Positions 10,381 to 20,322 of a stretch of DNA of 64,000 nucleotides are shown here, piece after piece. A model generated the notes under the pieces. That model was not told where the DNA came from, ran no database searches, and saw only the letters and a program-made list of their open reading frames with translations. The DNA is taken from positions 128,001-192,000 of the forward strand of contig CAWHEP010000009.1 in assembly GCA_963828525.1 (NCBI GenBank). Direction: 5' to 3'. Position 1 is the stretch's first letter; each line of letters begins with the position of its first letter. The translations under genes and the position numbers were made by a program. This DNA is from an uncultured Verrucomicrobiae bacterium. GTDB taxonomy: Bacteria > Verrucomicrobiota > Verrucomicrobiia > Chthoniobacterales > Chthoniobacteraceae.

Positions 10381-10968
10381 ATGTCCACCGATCTTAGGAG
10401 CGGCCTCCACGCCTTTCTGCTGGCAAATTCCGTCTGCCGCGGCGACTTCACTCTGGCTTCCGGCGTCAAAAGCGATCTTTACATCGATGCCAGGGTGACC
10501 ACGCTGGATGGGGAAATGGCGCTAGCCATTGGCAAAATCGGCTTCGAAATGATCAACGACTTCGCGGCCTCCGAAGAAACGAGAATTGACAGCGTTGGAG
10601 GGTTGACCATGGGCGCGGATCCCATTGCTCTCGCGATCGGGATTGCTTCCGCGCTCGCTGCCTGCGAACCTCCGTTAAAGGTGTTCTCAGTGCGGAAGAA
10701 GACGAAGGAGCACGGCAGGCGGAAGATGATTGAAGGCAACTTCAAACCGGGAGACACGGTGGTCATCATCGAAGACGTCATCACCTCCGGAGGTTCGGCT
10801 CTCCAAGCGATAGAGGCGGTCGAAAATGAGGGCGGCACAGTCGCTTGCGTTCTTTCCCTAATAGACCGGCAGGAGGGAGGGCGTCAGTCCATCGAAGCGC
10901 TCGGCTATAAAGTACGCGCCCTCTTTACGCGTGAAGATCTGCTGGGGCCACCTTCAAAGCTTCTCTAA
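10381..10968 (+). CDS. pyrE: orotate phosphoribosyltransferase
   Basis: GDFTLASG..SDLYID, VRKKTKEHG, VIIEDVITSGGS. Confidence 0.93.
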   Translation: MSTDLRSGLHAFLLANSVCRGDFTLASGVKSDLYIDARVTTLDGEMALAIGKIGFEMINDFAASEETRIDSVGGLTMGADPIALAIGIASALAACEPPLKVFSVRKKTKEHGRRKMIEGNFKPGDTVVIIEDVITSGGSALQAIEAVENEGGTVACVLSLIDRQEGGRQSIEALGYKVRALFTREDLLGPPSKLL

Positions 10969-11006
10969 GAGGCTGTCGCGCGGCTGCCTCGCTTCCTCAT
11001 AGTTTC

Positions 11007-12119
11007 TTAAACGTTGAAACGAAACTCGAGGACATCGCCGTCCTTCACGACGTATTCCTTTCCTTCGATACGTAACTTTCCCACTTCCCGCGCCTTGGCA
11101 AACGAACCGAGACGGATGAGTTCGTCAAAGTGGATTGTCTCGGCGGCTATGAAGCCCCGCTCGAAGTCCGAATGGATGACCCCAGCGGCAGCCGGAGCCT
11201 TATCGCCCGCGCGGATCGTCCACGCTCGCGACTCCGTCTCCCCGGTTGTGAGATAAGTTCGCAATCCCAGCAGGTGATATACCGCCTGGATGAGAGCATC
11301 TACTCCGCTGCTGGTAACACCCAGTCCGGCAAGGTATTCCGCAGATTCGGCGGGGGCGAGATCGATCAATTCACTCTCGATCTGCGCGCTGATGACAATC
11401 GCTTCAGTTGCTAGATGGGCGCGGACATAATCCCGGACCGCCTTCACATGGCGAGCGGATGGGCTTGCCTCCAGTCCCGCGAGGTCTGACTCGGCCACGT
11501 TGCAGGCGAAGATGGTGGGCTTCGAGGTCAGCAGAAAAAAGTCTTTCGCAATTCGCTGCTCTTCCTCGGACAACTCCGCGATCCCCGCGGGCTTTCCGGA
11601 GTCCAGATGGGGCAGCAGTTTCTCAATGACGGCAATATCAGCTTTAGCAGCCTTGTCGCCCGCCTTGGCTGACTTCTGCAATCTGTCCTTCCGTTTCTGC
11701 AAAGTCGCCAAATCGCATAGCACGAGTTCCGTCGTGATGACTTCGATGTCACGAACGGGATCGACCGATCCATTGACATGATGCACATCCGCGTCTTCGA
11801 AGCAGCGCACGACCTGGACAATCGCGTTCACCTCACGGATGTGGCTGAGGAATTGATTGCCCAGCCCCTCCCCTTGACTCGCCCCCCGCACCAGACCCGC
11901 GATATCGACGAACTCGATGGCGGCGGGAACCACCTTTCGGGAATGTGAAAACTTCGCGAGAGAGTCAAGCCGCGCGTCGGGAACAGTCACTACACCTACA
12001 TTCGGATCGATGGTGCAGAACGGGTAGTTCGCCGCCGCCGCCTTCCGTGTGCGGGTTACCGCATTGAACAGGGTGGATTTTCCGACGTTGGGCAGCCCAA
12101 CAATGCCAGCGCTTAACAT
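11007..12119 (-). CDS. ychF: redox-regulated ATPase YchF
   Basis: GIVGLPNVGKSTLFNA, NYPFCTIDPN, DIAGLVRGAS, EGKEYVVKDGDV. Confidence 0.96.
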   Translation of the reverse strand: MLSAGIVGLPNVGKSTLFNAVTRTRKAAAANYPFCTIDPNVGVVTVPDARLDSLAKFSHSRKVVPAAIEFVDIAGLVRGASQGEGLGNQFLSHIREVNAIVQVVRCFEDADVHHVNGSVDPVRDIEVITTELVLCDLATLQKRKDRLQKSAKAGDKAAKADIAVIEKLLPHLDSGKPAGIAELSEEEQRIAKDFFLLTSKPTIFACNVAESDLAGLEASPSARHVKAVRDYVRAHLATEAIVISAQIESELIDLAPAESAEYLAGLGVTSSGVDALIQAVYHLLGLRTYLTTGETESRAWTIRAGDKAPAAAGVIHSDFERGFIAAETIHFDELIRLGSFAKAREVGKLRIEGKEYVVKDGDVLEFRFNV

Positions 12120-12260
12120 GGCGGCAATGTTAAGCGAAGCCCCGCCACCCCGCACGGGAAAAATGAGCGCGGAATGCACCTCCCCGAATCCTGGGCATTT
12201 GCGCCTTGCGGCTGCGCCCGTTTTGTGAGAGGGAAGAATGTAAGGGGGCGGCGAAAAGTA

Positions 12261-12635
12261 ATGGTTCTAATAATTGACGACGATCCCAGTGTGCGGATCC
12301 TGACCGAGCGCCTGGTCAAGAATTTTGGGTTCGCCTCTCTCACGGCGAGCGATGGCGAGGAGGGTCTCCGTAAATTCGAGGAAAATGCCGAAAAAATCCT
12401 TGTGGTTGTGCTCGACATGACGATGCCGTCACTGGATGGAGAGGAAACGTGCGCCAGGCTGCGGCAAATCAGGCCCGATATCCGGATTTTGTTCACGAGC
12501 GGATACGAGAAGAAGAAGAGCATGTCCGAGGATGGCGGTCTCACTGATTTCCTCCCCAAACCTTTTACGATCAAGGAATTGCAGGACAAACTGGCAAAGC
12601 TTACCGGTCCGCCCTCGAATCCGCAGAGCAGCTAG
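12261..12635 (+). CDS. single-domain response regulator receiver
   Basis: VLIIDDD, VLDMTMP, FTSGY, LPKPF. Confidence 0.85.
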   Translation: MVLIIDDDPSVRILTERLVKNFGFASLTASDGEEGLRKFEENAEKILVVVLDMTMPSLDGEETCARLRQIRPDIRILFTSGYEKKKSMSEDGGLTDFLPKPFTIKELQDKLAKLTGPPSNPQSS

Positions 12636-12706
12636 CCGCTCTCAAAACTGCCAGCGCGGCGGGCAGTCCTTGACGGATGTTTGAGCAGGGCGTTAAGGTG
12701 TCAGGA

Positions 12707-12722
12707 AGGCATGGAATATGCG
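12707..12722 (+). promoter_or_regulatory. putative sigma54 (-24/-12) promoter
   Basis: AGGCATGGAATATGCG, GG-N10-GC, 17 nt upstream of ATG 12739. Confidence 0.55.
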
Positions 12723-12738
12723 CGCTGGGCTTTAATGG

Positions 12739-15700
12739 ATGATTGAATCGTTTCTGAGTCGTTTTAAAGCGAAACGGACTGAAGAGCCGTCGCCGGAAGC
12801 AGCCCCCGTCCCCGAGCCGCCCAAAAATGACGACGCCGGGAAGGTGGAAACCGCGCAAACTGGTTCTCTCCTGGACGGGATAACCAAGGACAAGGCGGAA
12901 TCGCGTAACGCTGGCCCGACATCGTCCAAGATGCCGCCCGCGTGGCATTCACGCGCGAACGTTCCGGCTGGCAAACCCGGCGATGCTGTTGACCCCGCGA
13001 AAAAACAGTCCGAACCGCCCGCAAAGATCGCTCTGGAAGTAGGCGACTTCCTGCACCGCATCCCTCCGCACCTTCTCAAACCGGGTCCGCACGATCTCTC
13101 CCAGAAGATCTTCTTCAAGGTGAGCGAGCTCTCAGCCAGCATTGCTGAAGGAAAGGCTACCATCGCGCTATCGGAGATCGCGAGGCTTTGTCCCGAAATT
13201 TTCCAGCGTCCCATCACGCCAGCCGATGAGGCGGAGATATTCTTCCCGTGGCACAAACTTGCCGAGAGGGTGCGTTCCCAGCGCTCTGTGAATGAACCAC
13301 GCGCGGCAGCGGCGAAGCTGCCCCGGCGCGAGCCCGCTTTCCCAGCCTTCCCTGCGGGGGGCAACGCCGCCCAAAGGAAATCCGAGCCTGCGGAAACAGT
13401 TCCCGCGCCAGATTCGACGGATGCGGATGAAAGCAAGGTCGAGGCAAAGCTCACGAAACAACCCTGGTTCAAGAGTCCTTCTCCACAAGAACCGGTCGCC
13501 AAGGATCCCCCCCTTCGAACGGCAAAAGAGATGCCCTCCGGCGCGGTCACGGCTCTGCCGGCTCCCGCGCCCCTGCGTCTTTCGACCACGGAAGGCGACA
13601 TTTCCCCCATAGGGGCCGTGACCACGCTTCCTGAACAGGAACGTCCCGCGGAAGCTCTCCTTCTTTCGCCGCTTCCCTCCGCCGTCTCTGATCCCGAGGC
13701 GCAGAGAAAGCAGACCGGTTTAATCGAGCAGCAGCGGTTCACTGTAATCAAGGAGCGTGACGAAGCGAGATCGCTGCTCGCTGAAAACGCAAGTTTGCAT
13801 AAGCGGCAGGTTGATTCGTTGCAGAAAGATCTGGGTTCCGCGTTCGCGGAGCGGGACAGAGTCGCCATGGAACTGGCCCAACTGCGCGACTCCCAGCGCA
13901 GACAGGCCGAGACCCTCGCGCAGGAGCGCGACGCGGCGGTTCGCGAGCGGGATCGTCTCGCCGCCCAGATTGCAAAAGATAAAGGGGCCAGAACCCAGGA
14001 GATGCTCCTCCTCGCCCAAGAGCGTGATGGCGCTGTGAAGCTGAAGGACGAAGTGTCAGAGACTTTGCAAACGCAGATCAGTTCGCTCTCGCAGGAGCGC
14101 GATCATCTCGCGACGGAAAGGGATAAGATCTCATCCGAACTGGAAGGGGCTCGGCAAAATCTCAAAGAGCAGTCGCAGGGCGCCGCAACCAAGAAGGCGG
14201 AAACCAGCGCCGCCGAGGCCGCAGCGGCCGGCGATCTTATTGCATCCCTCATGCGGGAACGGGACAAGGCCCTTGCCGCTCTGCTCCCGGTCGAGAAGCA
14301 AATTGATTCGCTGAAGGAAGAGATGAAAGCGCTCGCCGCGTCTTCCGAGAGCCAGCGCGAAAAGCTGGAAAAGGAGCGGGACGCGGCTCTGAACCAGATC
14401 GCTCGCGCGCGTGAGGCAAGAAGCCAGGAACTCGATGCCCTCAAAAGGAAACACGACACCGCGATCAACGCGCGTGAGCAAAAGATTGCCAGTCTTGATC
14501 GGGATCTCCAGTCACACAGGGGGCAGCTTGAAGCCGTTTCCAGCGAACGCGACGAGGCGGCCAAGGAACGCGCGGAAGCGGTCTCTCGCCTCGGCGCGGG
14601 GGATGATGATCACAAGAGAGAAGCGGAAGAAAAACTCGCCGCGATGCGCGCGGAGCTGGAGAGCCTGAAGAAGGAGCGCGATAAATCAAGCGCCGAACTC
14701 GTGGCGTTGAGACATTCCAGCGCGTCGGAGTTGAAGAACCTCCGCGGGGCGCATGAGGAAGCGATAGGCAAGCTGGCCGCGCATCAACGCTCGGCTGAAC
14801 AACTCCTTAGCGACAAAGAGGCAGCCGTTGCCAGCCTGGCCGCAATGGCGCTCGCGGCCAGGGAACTCGAGGAAAAATCGGCGGCAAAAGATGCCGCGCT
14901 GTCGGAAATGACCACTCTGACGGAGCAGGTTGCAGCGCTACGAGAAGAGCGCGCCGCTTTGGCGGCCACCCTGGCCGAAGCGCAAGGAACTTTGCGCGCC
15001 ACTGCCACAGAGCGGGATCAGGCGATGAAGGAACGCGAGGAAGCCGTATCGCGCCTAGCCGCCATGGCGCTCGCGACCAAGGAACTCGAGGAAAAATCGG
15101 CCGCAAAAGATGCCGCGCTGTCGGAGATGACCACTCTGACGGAGCAGGTTGCAGCGATGCGGGAAGAGCGCGCGGCTTTGGAGGCCACCCTGGCCGAAGC
15201 GCAAGGAACCTTGCGCGCCACTGCCACAGAGCGGGATCAGGCGATGAAGGAACGCGAGGAAGCCGTATCGCGGCTCGGCGCGGCCGAGGAGGATTACAAG
15301 AAGGAAGCGGAGGCAAAGCTCACCGCCATGGGCGTAGAGCTGGAGGGCCTTCGGAAAGAATTGGATGCCGCGCGAACGGAAGCCCTGCGGGTCAAAGAGG
15401 CTGGCGCTTCGGAGGTGGCCGCTCTGCGAAAGGCGCATGCCGATGTCGGCGGCAGCCTCGTCGAGCACCAGAAGAGAGCGGCGCGCCTCCTGGGCGAAAA
15501 GGAAGCGGCGCTTGGCAGCCTGGCTGTGCTCACCGCGACAGCCAAGGAACTCCAGGAAAAGCTGCATGCGACCCAAACCGGCGGACAGACACTCTCGGCA
15601 GAACGTGACGCGGCGATTCGCGAACGGGACGCAGCGGTCTCCGCTCTCGCGGCGGAGGAGAATCACAAAAAAGAAATCCTGGCGGAACTTGACGCGGCGC

Positions 15701-17820
15701 GCCTACAGGTCGCCGCTCGTGAAAAAGAACGGGAGGAGTCAGAGCGCTCAAGGCAGGCCTTGGCCAAGGAATTGGGAGATCTGCGGAACGCCCACGAGGA
15801 ACTCGGGGTAAAGATGGTCGAGCACCAGAAGAGAGCGGCAAATCTTCTCGAGGAGAAGAACAATGCTTCCGCGAGTCTTGCCGCGCTCACAATCGCGTCC
15901 CAGGAAAACGAAGCGAAGGCAGCCGCAAGAGATCGGGCGCACGCGGAGAAGATCGCTATCCACTCTCGGGAACACGCCGCGCTCTCCGCCAGACTGGAGG
16001 AAGCGCGCGGCAGCCTCCAGGCGGTGACCAGCGAACGGGATGAACACGCGGCGGCGGTCGCGAAGCTTCGCGAAGAGAGCGCGATCCTGGCGAAGAACAG
16101 CGCGGAATTGACTTCAAACCTCGCGGAAAGACACGCGGCGTTTGCCGCGCTCTCAAGCGACCACCAAAACGCCGTGAAAGAACTCGCGGTCGCTCGAAAA
16201 AGCTCTGACGATCTCGCCGCTGAGAAGAACCGAATCGAAGCGCGCGCGGCGGATTTGGAGAAGGCGGCGGCTGAGATGGCGCTGGCGAAAGCCGGCAGTG
16301 ACAGTGAAGTGGCCGCGTTAAAGAAGGAGCGGGAAGACGTGGCGAGCCAGCACTCCGCCACCGCGGCCCTTCTCGCGGCGAAGGAGAAAGAAGCCGTCGA
16401 GCTTCGGAACTCTGCTGATAGGGCATTGGCAGATCTCAACGCCGCCCGGAAGGAGCGCGACGAAATTGCCGACGAAAAAGCCGCGTTACAATCCAGACTC
16501 GTTGAAAGGGAGCTGGCTATTGTCGAACTCTCCAAGTCGGGAGAGAAAGGCGCGAAGGAACTTGCCGCTTTGCAAAAGGAGCGGGAGGAAATAGCCAGAA
16601 GCCGGGCTCTGTTGTCCGGCCAGCTTGCCGAACGCGACAAACTCCTGGCCGAGCGCATCAAGGCGCACAACGAGCTTTCCAAGGCCAGCGAATCATGGGT
16701 GGGGGACCTTGCCTCGGCGCGCAAGCACCGCGATGACGCGTTGAAGGAGAAATCGGCGACCCTCGCGAAGTTGACGGATAAGGAGAAGGCTTTCGCGGAG
16801 CTAACCAAGACCCTGGAGAGAAACGCGAAAGAGCTGGCTTTCCTCAAAAAGGAACGGGACGAAGTCATAAAGGATCGCAACGCGACGGCCGGGCGGCTCG
16901 CGGAGCGGGACAGGACGATCTCCGGCATGACAGAGTCCCGAGAGAAAGCCGTCGCAGCCGCCAAAGCTTCTCTTTCAAAGGAACGGGACGATCTCAAAAT
17001 CCGGCTCGAACAAGCGGAAGCCGCGCACCGCAAGGCGATCGAGACGGCGAACCAGGAGCGCGACGCAAGTCTCAAGGCCCACGCCGATATCTCCGACGAC
17101 GCGGCGCGGGCAAAAGAAGCGCACGCCCAGGAAAAGGCGAAGGTTCTTGGCGACGTCGAGGAGGTCATTTTGCAGCGTAACAAGATCACAACCAAGCTGG
17201 AAGAGACGACTGCCGCGGCGGAGAAGCTCCGCGAGGAGCGCGACCAGCTTGCCCGGCAGCAAGCCTCCTTCGAGGAAGTGAAAGCGCGCGCTGCCCGCCT
17301 CGAGCGGGAACGCGACAGCCTTCGCCTGCACGTCACGGAAGTCACTTCAGAACTGGAGGCGGTAGCGGCTGAAAGAGACCAGGCATTCGACGCCGCCCAA
17401 AAGGCCCTTGAGTCCAAGCGCAGCCAGATGGAGGTCTTCGGAGGCAATTACCGCAAAGTCAGCCAGGAGAAACAGCTAACGCTGGAGCAAATGGCGGCGG
17501 CGGCTCAGGAGCACAGGGCAACAACTGCCGCCCTTCAGGAACAGCACGGCAGTCAGATTGCCACGCTGCGCGCCGAACTGGAATCCTTGCGCGCTGAACT
17601 GAAGCGCCAGGGAGACGACGCGGCAGCGGCGCGCCGGCAACTCTCCGACAAAGACAAGGCGCTGCGGGATGCCGCGGACACGGCCGCCAGCCTGCAGAAG
17701 CAAGTCGACGCGCTTGCCCACCAACGCGACTCCCTCGCTGCCGAGAAAGAGGAGTTGCTCACGCTGCCCCGCATACGCCCGACGGCCACGCCGCCACCGC
17801 CGCTGAACCTCGGCTCCTGA
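12739..17820 (+). CDS. giant (1693 aa) coiled-coil protein with Pro-rich disordered N-terminus containing a small globular domain
   Basis: Uninterrupted ORF; about 1350 aa of A/E/K/L/R-rich heptads with recurring ERD motifs; no TM, signal peptide or Walker motif seen. Confidence 0.85.
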   Translation: MIESFLSRFKAKRTEEPSPEAAPVPEPPKNDDAGKVETAQTGSLLDGITKDKAESRNAGPTSSKMPPAWHSRANVPAGKPGDAVDPAKKQSEPPAKIALEVGDFLHRIPPHLLKPGPHDLSQKIFFKVSELSASIAEGKATIALSEIARLCPEIFQRPITPADEAEIFFPWHKLAERVRSQRSVNEPRAAAAKLPRREPAFPAFPAGGNAAQRKSEPAETVPAPDSTDADESKVEAKLTKQPWFKSPSPQEPVAKDPPLRTAKEMPSGAVTALPAPAPLRLSTTEGDISPIGAVTTLPEQERPAEALLLSPLPSAVSDPEAQRKQTGLIEQQRFTVIKERDEARSLLAENASLHKRQVDSLQKDLGSAFAERDRVAMELAQLRDSQRRQAETLAQERDAAVRERDRLAAQIAKDKGARTQEMLLLAQERDGAVKLKDEVSETLQTQISSLSQERDHLATERDKISSELEGARQNLKEQSQGAATKKAETSAAEAAAAGDLIASLMRERDKALAALLPVEKQIDSLKEEMKALAASSESQREKLEKERDAALNQIARAREARSQELDALKRKHDTAINAREQKIASLDRDLQSHRGQLEAVSSERDEAAKERAEAVSRLGAGDDDHKREAEEKLAAMRAELESLKKERDKSSAELVALRHSSASELKNLRGAHEEAIGKLAAHQRSAEQLLSDKEAAVASLAAMALAARELEEKSAAKDAALSEMTTLTEQVAALREERAALAATLAEAQGTLRATATERDQAMKEREEAVSRLAAMALATKELEEKSAAKDAALSEMTTLTEQVAAMREERAALEATLAEAQGTLRATATERDQAMKEREEAVSRLGAAEEDYKKEAEAKLTAMGVELEGLRKELDAARTEALRVKEAGASEVAALRKAHADVGGSLVEHQKRAARLLGEKEAALGSLAVLTATAKELQEKLHATQTGGQTLSAERDAAIRERDAAVSALAAEENHKKEILAELDAARLQVAAREKEREESERSRQALAKELGDLRNAHEELGVKMVEHQKRAANLLEEKNNASASLAALTIASQENEAKAAARDRAHAEKIAIHSREHAALSARLEEARGSLQAVTSERDEHAAAVAKLREESAILAKNSAELTSNLAERHAAFAALSSDHQNAVKELAVARKSSDDLAAEKNRIEARAADLEKAAAEMALAKAGSDSEVAALKKEREDVASQHSATAALLAAKEKEAVELRNSADRALADLNAARKERDEIADEKAALQSRLVERELAIVELSKSGEKGAKELAALQKEREEIARSRALLSGQLAERDKLLAERIKAHNELSKASESWVGDLASARKHRDDALKEKSATLAKLTDKEKAFAELTKTLERNAKELAFLKKERDEVIKDRNATAGRLAERDRTISGMTESREKAVAAAKASLSKERDDLKIRLEQAEAAHRKAIETANQERDASLKAHADISDDAARAKEAHAQEKAKVLGDVEEVILQRNKITTKLEETTAAAEKLREERDQLARQQASFEEVKARAARLERERDSLRLHVTEVTSELEAVAAERDQAFDAAQKALESKRSQMEVFGGNYRKVSQEKQLTLEQMAAAAQEHRATTAALQEQHGSQIATLRAELESLRAELKRQGDDAAAARRQLSDKDKALRDAADTAASLQKQVDALAHQRDSLAAEKEELLTLPRIRPTATPPPPLNLGS
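14836..15273 (+). repeat. intragenic tandem duplication, 2 x 219 bp (73 aa)
   Basis: Copies 14836-15054 and 15055-15273 encode LAAMALA(A/T)(R/K)ELEEKSAAKDAALSEMTTLTEQV...EREEAVSR with scattered substitutions. Confidence 0.9.
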
Positions 17821-17847
17821 TTCTCCTGGCGTCACATAGGTCGGCGA

Positions 17848-18266
17848 ATGGTTAAATCAGTCATCGAATACGAGGGACGCTTGCATTGCAGGGCGACACA
17901 CGGCCCCTCCGGCACTGTCATCAACACAGATGCTCCAGTGGATAACCACGGTTTGGGAGAGGCATTTTCTCCCACAGACCTGGTTGCCGCGGCATTGGGA
18001 ACATGCATGGCCACAATCATGGGCATTTACGCCAGCCAGCACTCAATTGATCTCGCTGGCATGAAGATCGAGGTGGCCAAAGAAATGAGCGTGGAGGCTC
18101 CGAGGCGCATCCGACGGATTTCGACAGAGGTGTGGCTCCCCATCGAAAAGGCTGTTGATCCAGACGGTCTCCTTGAGGCGCCGCGCTCGCCTGCCCCGTT
18201 CACCAAAGTCTCGACCCGGCAATGGAAAAGCCCGTCACCTTCCACTGGAAAACCCCGGAGGGCTAG
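17848..18266 (+). CDS. OsmC/YhfA family protein (frameshift near 18180)
   Basis: TDAPVDNHGLGEAFSPTDLVAAALGTCM; shifted frame gives AALACPVHQSLDPAMEKPVTFHW to TAG 18264-18266. Confidence 0.85.
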
Positions 18267-18292
18267 CCGCCGTATGCTGCCCGTTTAATCTT

Positions 18293-20322
18293 TCAGACGT
18301 CTCCTTGCTTGCAGGTCCCGGCAAGGGAGAGATTCCGCACCAAAGCGGCAAATTGAGCGACGCGCTTTTCTTCCCTCTCGTCAGGTCCGTAGCGTAGCGC
18401 GATATACTCGTCTCGAATTTGCTCGATGGCTGTGCTCTTCGCGGGGAATCGGGCCAAGGGCGCGCCGGGAAAACTCCAGCGGACCCTCCCACCCCTCGCG
18501 CGCCAATCCGGAGTCGGCGAGACGCTGGCAGAATCCCTGATAGATGAGGCTTACCTTGTCTCGCCGCGCGCGGGATCGCAGGTGCATCCAACCCGCCAGC
18601 AAGTGAAGCACAAAGGCGATGCCGATAGCGCAATGAAAGATCAGCCAGAGATTTCGAGTGTCCTCCAAGCCAGCCAGCGTCAAAAAGCCGCGCTGGCTTT
18701 GCCCATCGTAACCAAGGACGCGCAGGTTCCACTGATAGTTCGCGGTGTCCCATACCAGTTGGGCTTCGCGCAGTATTTCCCGCAAACCCACCGCGCTGGC
18801 CGAGGATGTGTTTCGCGCGTTGATAGTCGCGGCTGCGGAAGCCGATTCCAGGAAGGACTCAAGGCCGGAACTGACCCTCTCCGGCGCGACGACGGTGGTG
18901 GGATCCACATGAAGCCATCCGCGGCCTTTCATCCAAACCTCGCACCACGCGTGCGCGTCGCTCTGCCGCACAATTACATATCCGCCCAGGCTGTTATACT
19001 GGCCACCCAGGTAACCCAGGACTACGCGTGATGGAATGTTGGCCGCCCGCATGAGGGTGGCGAAAGCGGCTGCATAGTGTTCGCAAAAGCCGAATTTCCG
19101 GTGGAAGAGGAACTCGTCCAGAGAATCGTCTTTGTACCCGCCAGGGGAGAGCGTATAGACAAACCGCTCTTTACGAAAGAAGCGCAGCGCCGCGCTGACG
19201 ATGTCGCGCTCCGACGCGTTCCCCTGCAGCCACGAGCCGACAAGTTGCTTCACCTCGGGACTCAGCGGAGGTGTTGAGAGCGCAAGTTTGAGGATGCGGG
19301 GCGAAAGGACTGTTTGGTGATTCTCGGAACGGGATGTCACGTCATAGCACAGCGGCGTGACGATGGGCTTCGGGCTTTCGAGGACTCCGCCCGCCCGGTA
19401 GATGAACGATTTGGCGGGCTCCGGGCGATCCAGCGCGAAAAGCCATTTACCCCCTTGTGGCTCGATCGTGATGCGCTGCATGATCAGCTCTCCGCCAAGA
19501 GGCTCAACCGTTGACTCGCCGACCTGCGAGGCGCCTCGCTCCCACGACAGGCCGTCATCCTGCCAGAGCACCGCTCCCCGCCAGGTACATCATCGTCGGA
19601 CTCGGGATCGCTCCCCCGAGAAAATCCACTCGGAACGCGATGTCGTTGGAGATGGCGATGCTGGATATCGTGCCCGGCTTCATTTCATCGGACATCCCCT
19701 CGTTGTTGAAATGGGGCGTCCCAAGTTGGAATCTGAAGACACCCTCGAAACGAGGGAAAAGCAGAAACAGAAGGACTGTGAGAGGAAGCGATTGCGCGAG
19801 CAGCGTCAGCGACAGCCGGGCGGCGGGCACGATCTGGTTGCGGGGATGCCAGGAGGCGAGATGAAGATGCACCAAGGCTGCTGTAATCACTACGAAGACC
19901 AAACCGACATACAGGCACATCGGAAGGTCCTGTGAGAAAAACAGAGCCATGACGCAAAGGAAGTAGCCCAGCAGGGCCAGCACTCGAAAATCCCGGGAGG
20001 ATTTGGTTTCGAGCACCTTCAGCGAAAGCAGCACCAGCATGATCGCCGCGCCAGGTTCGAGCCCGACAATGGTGTTGTAGGTGATGAGCGTCGCGCTGAT
20101 CCCAACCAGAAAGACGATCACTCCAAGCGCCCAGATCGACCACTGGCCGAGCCACCGCTCGGCCACGAGGCGTCCGAAGGCCGCTACCAGCAACAGCGCT
20201 AAAATAATGATCGGAAGTTTCCCGATCATCGGGAGCGCCGCCATTGTGACGCCCAAGCTGATGAACGCGACTGACTGCCGTGGGATGGTCTGCTTTCGCC
20301 AGGAGAAAACGCGCAGGTTCAT
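18293..20322 (-). CDS. TgpA-like DUF3488/transglutaminase membrane protein (frameshifts near 19584 and 18460)
   Basis: Multi-TM N-term with LKVLE..RD and FLLFPR; MYWRGAVL restored across shift; GFCEHYAAAFATLMRAANIPSRVV, DAHAWCEVW, VDPT. Confidence 0.85.

Noticed and set aside
15663..17447. 594-aa and other long minus-strand ORFs over the coiled-coil gene
   Set aside because: Ser/Ala/Arg-rich antisense shadows expected from the codon bias of the real gene
12739..17820. SMC or phage tape-measure annotation for the giant ORF
   Set aside because: No ATPase head or hinge motifs and no phage genes nearby
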